This document shows, piece after piece, positions 52,889 through 59,614 of a stretch of 64,000 bases of DNA. Location: positions 1 through 64,000 of the IMG/VR virus record IMGVR_UViG_3300029993_000005. One strand, 5' to 3'. How positions within the stretch are numbered: position 1 is the first letter of the stretch; each line of letters starts with the position of its first letter. A program made the translations under genes and the position numbers. The notes below the pieces were generated by a model. It saw only the letters and a program-made list of their open reading frames with translations. It ran no database searches and had not been told where the DNA came from.

Positions 52889-53137
52889 TCAGTCCTTACA
52901 ATGGAGCGGGGCAAAGAACAAGTTAAGTAGATCGGACATTTGCATGTTGAAACCAGCGTAGGCCTCGTTTTCAACATAGTCAACTTTATGTTTGAGTAAG
53001 CACAAACGGAAGCACGAGGCATTATTTCTCTCAAAGCTCCAGAACCTGGACAAAAATTTTATAGCTACGTTATTGTCTGCAAAGCCATCATAGGAATCCC
53101 ATACAATTTCTACTGCTGGGTTCCCTCTCAAAAGCAT
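52889..53137 (-). CDS. hypothetical protein
   Basis: 82-aa ORF. Confidence 0.6.
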   Translation of the reverse strand: MLLRGNPAVEIVWDSYDGFADNNVAIKFLSRFWSFERNNASCFRLCLLKHKVDYVENEAYAGFNMQMSDLLNLFFAPLHCKD

Positions 53138-53287
53138 ACCCGGAAGTTTTAGAATCTCTTTTTCCAGGATAAGTATAACTATAGCTTTTTAGTTTGAGAA
53201 TTCAGTGCTAATAGCTCATTGTATAAATCGAGATTGGTTTTCACAATTTCTCCTTTTCGTTAGGTAGTTTAGTTGGTGCCTAGGAAT

Positions 53288-53470
53288 TTATGTTACCAGT
53301 TCCCACTTGAGTTCTGAACCGGGCAGGAAATCCTCTTCAAATACAAGTTGCTCAAAAATTGAGCCATCAAAACGTATGACTAAAGCCTCTGCTTGACCCC
53401 TGAACTCGGGCACCTGACGTTCGGTAATAACGAATGACTCCAAACTAGAAAACACAACAACGTAGAACAT
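53288..53470 (-). CDS. hypothetical protein
   Basis: 60-aa ORF, AGGAG RBS. Confidence 0.65.
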   Translation of the reverse strand: MFYVVVFSSLESFVITERQVPEFRGQAEALVIRFDGSIFEQLVFEEDFLPGSELKWELVT

Positions 53471-53509
53471 GGTAACTCCTAATTAGGATCGTATAAATTC
53501 AAATAGACA

Positions 53510-54247
53510 TTAAATTTCTACAGGCATGGGCACAGGCACGGACGCAGCAGATAGCAAGTTTAGAAGTGTGTCGCGCTCCCAGAGCCAATGAGCTTCAGCT
53601 GAATCTGCTGCTGAGTATGCTGAATCTATTGCTGAGTATGCTGAATCTGATAATGACCAGTAGGCTGACCGTGCTGCTGACTCTGCTGACCAGGATGCTG
53701 ACTCTGCTGACCAGGATGCTGACCAGTAGGCTGACCGTGCTGACTCTGCTGCTGACTCTGCTGCTGACTTTGCTGCTTCTTTAGCCCTCAGTCTTTGTTC
53801 AGGATTAGCTAAATTTGCAATTTCGGCCTCAAAATAAGCCACGCATTGTTCAATTGCGCTAACACAAACGATGGCATACTCGGCGGGGTTCAAACGCAAA
53901 GGGACAAGTGTATGTTCTGCCCTAGCCTTTGCTAACTGCCATTTAACTTTAGAAACGTCGGCGCCTACGGGTATTACAGTCAAAAAGTCTACCGCAAATT
54001 GTTGAGCATCAATGGGAGAAAGATTCTCAAAAATAGTGTCCTCAAGTCGCGCCAGCCACACGGGTAGACCAAGTTCGATTGGATACTGATCGTGATCGTA
54101 GCTCTCCAAGGTACAGCCAACAGCGCATCCATGTTTAGCTTCAGGGTCCCAGCCTACACGCTGCATGATATTGTCTGCTTCATGATGAGCTTTAAGACGC
54201 GCTACGTATTTAGCTTTAATTGCAGGGTCGCCGTGAAATGCTTTCAT
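53510..54247 (-). CDS. Family-P paralogue 4 with Ser/Ala/Trp repeat tail
   Basis: AFHGDPAIKA, GCAVGC, LGLPVWLARL, IPVGADVS, SAYWSASWSAESASWSAE, HWLWERDTLL; start moved to ATG 54247. Confidence 0.9.
   Translation of the reverse strand: MKAFHGDPAIKAKYVARLKAHHEADNIMQRVGWDPEAKHGCAVGCTLESYDHDQYPIELGLPVWLARLEDTIFENLSPIDAQQFAVDFLTVIPVGADVSKVKWQLAKARAEHTLVPLRLNPAEYAIVCVSAIEQCVAYFEAEIANLANPEQRLRAKEAAKSAAESAAESARSAYWSASWSAESASWSAESAARSAYWSLSDSAYSAIDSAYSAADSAEAHWLWERDTLLNLLSAASVPVPMPVEI
53680..53741. repeat. 62-bp exact repeat (copy 2 at 55384-55445)
   Basis: Encodes the SAYWSASWSAESASWSAE block in paralogues 4 and 5. Confidence 0.9.
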
Positions 54248-54277
54248 GATCTTGTTCCTTTTCGTTGGGTTGTTTGA

Positions 54278-54333
54278 TTCAGTGATTCCAGTATAGTTTA
54301 GGTTGGTGCCAACGTCAACAATTATTTTAAATA
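54278..54333 (-). promoter_or_regulatory. Class-B promoter cassette, copy 2
   Basis: 56 bp identical to 57513-57568; TTGACG 54313-54318, TATACT 54290-54295. Confidence 0.9.
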
Positions 54334-54893
54334 GTCTCGTCAATCTGAGATTCGGCATCAAGCAACAAGCGTGTGAGAACCTGGGTCTTGTTCAATTTCC
54401 AAGTCTTGGCTAGGGCCTCCAAAATTTTTGAGGTTTCGGGACTAAGTGTACTACCGGGCAGGCGCTTGCCTCCAGCTTCTTTCAGTGATGTATAAGCATT
54501 GGTCTTACGAACTCGCTGTTTTGGTTCGGTCTTGGGTTCAATCACGGAGTCATCACTGGTCAGGAGTCTCGCCAAATAGGCGGTCTTTGCATATTGATAC
54601 TCATAGGCGGTCTTTGCATATTGATACTCGGTGAACATAAGTTCAGAGACTTCTTGAGCATACTCAGCAGTACGCAGACTTGCTGAGAAAGTACTCCAAT
54701 TAGGGGCCTCCGGGTAAACCGAGCTATACAGAGAAGTGCTTTTGTCAGCCACAGCTGCTTCAACCAAGCTGAGCATGTCGGCCTGAACTAAATCTGCCTT
54801 GAGTGTTATTTTGTCAAAGAAATCATGACCATCAGCATACGTCGCGGTCAAAATTTCCACCAGTGAGGCAGCGCTATAATATTGTGTGTTCAT
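54327..54893 (-). CDS. protein with C-terminal RHH-like domain; contains a 27-bp tandem duplication
   Basis: SLKEAGGKRLPGSTLSPETSKILEAL resembles the neighbouring gene; EYQYAKTAY x2. Confidence 0.75.
   Translation of the reverse strand: MNTQYYSAASLVEILTATYADGHDFFDKITLKADLVQADMLSLVEAAVADKSTSLYSSVYPEAPNWSTFSASLRTAEYAQEVSELMFTEYQYAKTAYEYQYAKTAYLARLLTSDDSVIEPKTEPKQRVRKTNAYTSLKEAGGKRLPGSTLSPETSKILEALAKTWKLNKTQVLTRLLLDAESQIDETI
54576..54629. repeat. perfect in-frame 27-bp tandem duplication
   Basis: ataggcggtctttgcatattgatactc x2. Confidence 0.95.
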
Positions 54894-54937
54894 TATCTTT
54901 CCTTAATTACGATTTATTTTGTTTTATTACCTACGTT

Positions 54938-55192
54938 TTACTTCGAGCTGGCACCAATACGCTTAGCCTGACGAATCAACGATTCTTCGATAGCCGAACG
55001 CTTGGTCCCATAGTGTTCGGTCAATGTAGCTAAGGCTGCGCTAGCCTCAGCGTTGATGCGGACGGTTCCTAGTCGCTGTCCACCATCTGCAAACAGTGAA
55101 TTCTCCATGGCTTGTACGCGCTCGTTAGCCGTCATGGCTGTGCCTGTGAAAGGACGACCGCGCTTGACTACTATGTTTTTAATTTTTTTCAT
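54938..55192 (-). CDS. AT-hook plus RHH-like small DNA-binding protein
   Basis: KRGRPFTG.AMTANER; SLFADGGQRLGTVRINAEASAAL. Confidence 0.7.
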   Translation of the reverse strand: MKKIKNIVVKRGRPFTGTAMTANERVQAMENSLFADGGQRLGTVRINAEASAALATLTEHYGTKRSAIEESLIRQAKRIGASSK

Positions 55193-55241
55193 TTTGCATG
55201 CTCCAGTTGTTTATTGATCGTTGGTGCCGTGCCTTGCCCTA

Positions 55242-55269
55242 ATTATAGCACAGAGGATTTAGGCTTCAA
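55242..55269 (-). promoter_or_regulatory. sigma70-like promoter TTGAAG-16-TGnTATAAT; half-box GTTGGTGCC in the leader (55220-55228)
   Basis: -10 at 55242-55247 with TG extension. Confidence 0.55.
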
Positions 55270-56008
55270 TCAACAGCTTCAGTAAGGTATCGCGCTCCCA
55301 GAGCCAATGAGATTCAGCTGAATTGGCTGACAGTGCTAACTCTGCTGATGACCATACTGCTGACCAGTAGGCTGAAAGTGCTAACTCTGCTGACCAGGAT
55401 GCTGACTCTGCTGACCAGGATGCTGACCAGTAGGCTGACCGTGCTAAATCTGCTAAACGTGCTGACTCTGCTGAATCCGCTGCTGAATCTGCTGCTTTTT
55501 CAGCTTCTTTACGCTGGTCCTCCGTAGCTGTTCCCTCAACCTTAGCTTTGCAATAGTTGATTACCAGATGGAGGGCTTGGTAGCATTTAACAGCGTAGTC
55601 CTCTTTGTTATATTTTAATGCTTCCAGCTGCCGTTCGTGACGAGCAACTGCTAGCTTCCATTGGACGGGTTCCAAATCCTTCCCTATGGGGATTGCTTCC
55701 CTCAAATCTACATGGAATTTAGCTCTAAGGTCTGCGGGCAATCCCTCAAACATTGACTCACTCAAGTATGCTAGCCACAAGGGCCATCCGGCATGATCAG
55801 CTACTGTCTTGTGCTTGTCCTCACTATCTGGGTCAATATCGTGCGCCATACAACCAATACTACAGGCTACAAATACTTCGTGGTCGTCACGCTTCTCTAA
55901 GTTACCGTATGTACCGGAACGAAGAATATCAAGTTCGTAATGTCTACGGGCCTGAGCTACATGGTAGTCTTTTACTGCTTGATCGTTGTGATAAGAAAGT
56001 ACGGTCAT
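55259..56008 (-). CDS. Family-P paralogue 5 with Ser/Ala/Trp repeat tail
   Basis: N-terminus like paralogue 2, middle nearly identical in DNA to paralogue 1, tail identical in part to paralogue 4. Confidence 0.9.
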   Translation of the reverse strand: MTVLSYHNDQAVKDYHVAQARRHYELDILRSGTYGNLEKRDDHEVFVACSIGCMAHDIDPDSEDKHKTVADHAGWPLWLAYLSESMFEGLPADLRAKFHVDLREAIPIGKDLEPVQWKLAVARHERQLEALKYNKEDYAVKCYQALHLVINYCKAKVEGTATEDQRKEAEKAADSAADSAESARLADLARSAYWSASWSAESASWSAELALSAYWSAVWSSAELALSANSAESHWLWERDTLLKLLIEA

Positions 56009-56033
56009 TTTAAGTTCCTTAGTGGTTTAAATT

Positions 56034-56090
56034 TAGTGCAGTGATTCCAGTATAGCTCAACTTAACGATGGTGCCAACAATTATTTTAAA
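56034..56090 (-). promoter_or_regulatory. Class-A promoter cassette (TTGGCA-17-TATACT)
   Basis: -35 at 56072-56077, -10 at 56049-56054, conserved leader. Confidence 0.8.
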
Positions 56091-56332
56091 TAGTCTTGAG
56101 CTTTTACCATCAGGGTCTCGAATTCTGAGGCAGTTAATCCAGTATTCATGCCACAACCACCGTCGCAGGTATCCAGGAATTCGGAAATCTCTAGAACGTA
56201 GGGGTCAGTGCCGTAGACAATCAAACAGTGGTCAATGATGCGTTGACGAGCTACGAACGCATCATTGTTGGATTCAGCCAAAATTCTTAAAGCTGAATTC
56301 AGGTTAGCCTTTGAAAGTTTGGTCTTCATCAA
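56081..56332 (-). CDS. hypothetical protein
   Basis: Ends YLK* inside the cassette. Confidence 0.7.
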   Translation of the reverse strand: MMKTKLSKANLNSALRILAESNNDAFVARQRIIDHCLIVYGTDPYVLEISEFLDTCDGGCGMNTGLTASEFETLMVKAQDYLK

Positions 56333-56545
56333 TTAGTCCATAGGTGGGTCAAAGGAACGAGCCTCTATGCACAGTGTATGGGCTTCGCTTAATGCCTTTT
56401 GCCCCAGTTCAAAGCCATTACCGTTGCGGTCATTTCCGTGATGCATCAAAGCCGTACCTATAAGCTTCTGCAATTCAGTGATAACCCTTAACAGGTCCTT
56501 ACGTGTGGGCTTACGTGTGGGCGCGGGCTTGGACTTGGTCCTCAT
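56333..56545 (-). CDS. hypothetical protein
   Basis: 70-aa coupled ORF. Confidence 0.7.
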   Translation of the reverse strand: MRTKSKPAPTRKPTRKDLLRVITELQKLIGTALMHHGNDRNGNGFELGQKALSEAHTLCIEARSFDPPMD

Positions 56546-56991
56546 AACTCATTCTCCGGTTGCCAATCATGACCGCACTTAACACAACGCTTGTACGCTG
56601 CGGTGCCACATCTCAGACTGTAACTGGTTCCTGCGCGGCCTCGACCCTCAGCACAGACCGGACATTTCGGCCAGTGACTAGGTTGATACACAACGTCATC
56701 TTTAATGTCTAAGTCCAAAAGTACCAAAGTTGTAACAAGTTCTTGGATAACCTCATGGGCTACCAAATGATTTACAAAATCGGTCAACAGTACCGCGCAG
56801 TGGTTTAATCCCGAACTCTTCTTAGACTCAAATAATTGGGTTCTGTAGTGTTTAGCCAGATCATCAAAGTCTAGGCCTACAGGACCTAGATAAGGGCCCA
56901 GTTCGTAATAATCGTCAGACGGGCCTTCGCCAAACATATAAAGAGTCATACCCTCGGGAATCAAAGTTGACGCGATGTTTGAGACGTTCAT
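56542..56991 (-). CDS. hypothetical with C-terminal Zn ribbon
   Basis: CPVC...CVKCGHDW; AGGAG RBS. Confidence 0.75.
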   Translation of the reverse strand: MNVSNIASTLIPEGMTLYMFGEGPSDDYYELGPYLGPVGLDFDDLAKHYRTQLFESKKSSGLNHCAVLLTDFVNHLVAHEVIQELVTTLVLLDLDIKDDVVYQPSHWPKCPVCAEGRGRAGTSYSLRCGTAAYKRCVKCGHDWQPENEL

Positions 56992-57028
56992 TTTTTGAAA
57001 CTCCTAAATTAAATAGGCTTAAACATCG

Positions 57029-57040
57029 GTTGGTGCCAAC
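57029..57040. promoter_or_regulatory. perfect GTTGG-TG-CCAAC box without a matching -10
   Basis: Intergenic, upstream of 56991. Confidence 0.55.
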
Positions 57041-57049
57041 TTTTTACGG

Positions 57050-57289
57050 CTAATCTTTAACTATACTTTTGTGGGTCAGATGAATTTTACGCTTAACGCA
57101 TGTCGGGCAATAGTCCAAGGTTCCAACGGAATACCAACCTCTGGTCTTAAGATCAGTCCTAAATTGAGCCTTAGTTGTATTTGGGCTATTCGTGTTATCC
57201 ACTCGGTGAGGATCGTCACAGCCCTCGCAGGAAATTTGAAGCCAGACCTCAATCCTGATTTGACTCAGGAACAAAGTATGAGCCGTCAA
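57050..57289 (-). CDS. small CxxC...CxxC protein
   Basis: CEGC...YCPTC. Confidence 0.65.
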   Translation of the reverse strand: MTAHTLFLSQIRIEVWLQISCEGCDDPHRVDNTNSPNTTKAQFRTDLKTRGWYSVGTLDYCPTCVKRKIHLTHKSIVKD

Positions 57290-57482
57290 TGCAGATAGCG
57301 CCGCTAGCCAGATGCACTTCGTATATACCGTTGTGGTAATGCCTCAAAACAGTAACTGAGAACCCACTATAGGTTCCACGTTGACCTGGAAAAAGTACAA
57401 CAGGTTCAAGACCACGCTGGTCCATGCTCGCTACCCAATCAGCATCGGTTCTGTGTGTCTTGGCAAATTCTGCTGCTTTCAT
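57249..57482 (-). CDS. hypothetical protein
   Basis: Start moved to ATG 57482 behind the cassette RBS. Confidence 0.7.
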   Translation of the reverse strand: MKAAEFAKTHRTDADWVASMDQRGLEPVVLFPGQRGTYSGFSVTVLRHYHNGIYEVHLASGAICIDGSYFVPESNQD

Positions 57483-57512
57483 TTTGCTCTTCCTTTTCGC
57501 TAGGTTGTGCGC

Positions 57513-57568
57513 TTCAGTGATTCCAGTATAGTTTAGGTTGGTGCCAACGTCAACAATTATTTTAAATA
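57513..57568 (-). promoter_or_regulatory. Class-B promoter cassette, copy 3
   Basis: TTGACG 57548-57553, TATACT 57525-57530. Confidence 0.9.
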
Positions 57569-57886
57569 ATTTATAGTTGCTTCGTCGGAGCCTTGCCATT
57601 CGGCAAACAAGAAGTCTGTGTTCTCAGTGTTCAAGCGTTCGTTCATGCGAATTCTGATGAATTCAAGTTCGCGTGCAGACTGAGCGTTACCTACGTGATG
57701 AACGAAACCCCGAATACACATGTCAGCCAGTCTACGCAGTCTTTGATCGCTAACACGTTGGGCTATCAACTTCTTGTTGATCATCACTTCTTGTTGGGCC
57801 TTGAAATTGTTATACAGCATGTCACTGGTGATCATGGACAGAAGTTGCGGGGCTGTCAACTTTGCCTTCTTGGATCGGTAGCTCAT
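57557..57886 (-). CDS. hypothetical protein
   Basis: Ends YLK* inside the cassette. Confidence 0.75.
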   Translation of the reverse strand: MSYRSKKAKLTAPQLLSMITSDMLYNNFKAQQEVMINKKLIAQRVSDQRLRRLADMCIRGFVHHVGNAQSARELEFIRIRMNERLNTENTDFLFAEWQGSDEATINYLK

Positions 57887-58160
57887 TTTAGTCTTCCCTT
57901 TCGTTAGGAACTTAATTTAAACTTGGTGTATGTACTTATTATACACAGGACAAAACGAAAAACAAGTATTTAATGTTGGTGCGTGCGTGGGTGGATGCCT
58001 GCTTAGAATTATAGACCCCTGATTAGAACCGAAATAGACGCGCCACGTGCTGTTTTGAGGCCCTTTTGAGGCCCGTGGCGACCCTAAATTGGGGGTCCTT
58101 GGTATTTGTACATAAACCGAAGTTTTGCCCGTAAAAGCATCAATTTGAGCCTCGAATGGG

Positions 58161-58205
58161 AAAAGGCTGCAGGAATCCACTAATCAAGGATTCCTGCAGC
58201 CTTTT
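58161..58205. terminator. 18-bp perfect hairpin, likely bidirectional intrinsic terminator
   Basis: aaaaggctgcaggaatcc / ggattcctgcagcctttt, 9-nt loop, 3 nt past the 58209 stop. Confidence 0.85.
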
Positions 58206-58208
58206 CTA

Positions 58209-58676
58209 TTAACGAACAATACTTTCTGTTATTACCTGAATTCGTTTATTTAAATAATGCAAGTTATTGAGCTGACGATTAATTGAATGTACTGTAGACG
58301 AAAGTTCTGAACCATGTTGGTTAAACGGAGAGATTTCACAATCACCTTGTTGAGCTTCTTTGTCCTCGAGCCAAGAACGGGGAAGATAAGGTTCAAGAGC
58401 TTGGACTAGACTTTTGATGTTCTCCTCTGCTGATGAAACTTGTGCCTCTAAATTGTATAGGGCTTCGTCCATAGGTCCTTGAAACTGAGTTTCCGCCGCA
58501 TCATAGTCCTCGTCGTAATCTGGAGCTTGGGTAACGTCAACGTCATCTTTACATTTGGGTTGGTGTTTAGTCATCTCTGCATAAACTCCTTTTAAGCCAC
58601 GGTTAATTGATTCCTGATCCAATCCGCTGAAAGCATCATGTAAATCAATAGACGCATATTTGTCATTAGCATACAT
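58209..58676 (-). CDS. hypothetical coiled-coil protein
   Basis: 155-aa ORF, AAAGGAA RBS. Confidence 0.75.
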   Translation of the reverse strand: MYANDKYASIDLHDAFSGLDQESINRGLKGVYAEMTKHQPKCKDDVDVTQAPDYDEDYDAAETQFQGPMDEALYNLEAQVSSAEENIKSLVQALEPYLPRSWLEDKEAQQGDCEISPFNQHGSELSSTVHSINRQLNNLHYLNKRIQVITESIVR

Positions 58677-58747
58677 CGCTTGTTCCTTTTGAACTAGCCT
58701 TTGGATATTGCGAATCTCTGGGCAGGGCTAGGCTAAGTCAAAAATCT

Positions 58748-59482
58748 TTATTTAGCTACTTTGGACGCAGCAATAAAAGACTTAACAGCAGCCACAGCTT
58801 TCGGATGATTCTTCAGGTTGTCACGGATGAACCGCAATTCTTTACGGCTGAACTTCGAACGTGTGCGAATCGCGTTTAAGGCCGAGATATCGTTCTCGGC
58901 CTTAATCTTGTCGACAAACATTAGGAACGATGGTTTGTAACCATCGTTGTCCTCAATGCCAGCTAGTGCAGCTTTCGCCACATTAACTTCTTCGTAGTCC
59001 TGTCCGTAGACGTCAACACGCAAGTCCTCGTCGTCCTTGTCCTTGCCGCCCTGCGAATTTGGCACATACATATCAACGTTAGAGTCACTAATGGTCCGGG
59101 CTGTCCCTGCCTGACGCACGTGACGATCAGAAGCTAGCAAACGTTGCTGTTCCTCACGTGCACCTTCACGTTCAAGAATTTTTTGAGCTTGGACCGGGTC
59201 AACCAGCGATAATAGACCGCTGTTAATTGCTGACCTGAATTCAGAACTCTCCAGCAGACGTTCTTTGGGGAACTTGGAGCTTGCGTCAAATGGGAGCCAG
59301 GATTCTTGAATAATCAGCGGGTCACCACCATTACCATTTAGTTTCGGAATACTAACAATAACGTTGCCACGGAAACCATGAACAGAGACTGCAGCGGCAG
59401 CAGAAGTAGACGCAGTATTCAGCACCCACACTGAACCCTTGACACCCTGCTCTTCAAGTTGCGATACGGTAAGAAATTTCAT
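58748..59482 (-). CDS. hypothetical protein
   Basis: 244-aa ORF downstream of a TAGTAAATA motif. Confidence 0.8.
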   Translation of the reverse strand: MKFLTVSQLEEQGVKGSVWVLNTASTSAAAAVSVHGFRGNVIVSIPKLNGNGGDPLIIQESWLPFDASSKFPKERLLESSEFRSAINSGLLSLVDPVQAQKILEREGAREEQQRLLASDRHVRQAGTARTISDSNVDMYVPNSQGGKDKDDEDLRVDVYGQDYEEVNVAKAALAGIEDNDGYKPSFLMFVDKIKAENDISALNAIRTRSKFSRKELRFIRDNLKNHPKAVAAVKSFIAASKVAK

Positions 59483-59592
59483 AAGTAAAACTCCATCTAT
59501 TTAATAAGTTTGCGCTTTAGTCTGTGGATTTGTGGGGTGGGTAGGTTTTGTTTTAAAAGCCGTCTGTTAAACAGATCTTTGCTTATGCACTT

Positions 59593-59601
59593 TATTTACT
59601 A
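59593..59601 (-). promoter_or_regulatory. TAGTAAATA motif
   Basis: Intergenic, upstream of 59482. Confidence 0.55.
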
Positions 59602-59614
59602 GCGGAGTAGAACT

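Noticed and set aside
3-55700. Family-P repeats as a diversity-generating retroelement TR/VR pair
   Set aside because: Three of four differences involve A, but all four are synonymous third positions, both copies are inside intact genes, and no reverse transcriptase is present in the window
424-57548. TGGCAC in the repeated box as a sigma54 -24 element
   Set aside because: No GC at the -12 position 10 nt after GG; instead well-spaced TATACT -10 hexamers are present
424-57568. Repeated cassettes as a CRISPR array or att sites
   Set aside because: Copies are kilobases apart, separated by genes rather than 30-40-nt spacers; no cas or integrase gene in the window
54248-57599. Identical peptide FKIIVDVGTNLNYTGITE at the N-termini of track ORFs 53510..54361 and 57249..57599
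   Set aside because: It is just the translated class-B promoter cassette; the real starts are the ATGs at 54247 and 57482 behind the RBS
57917-58180. 87-aa minus-strand ORF
   Set aside because: Starts inside the terminator hairpin, has no RBS and runs through promoter-like sequence
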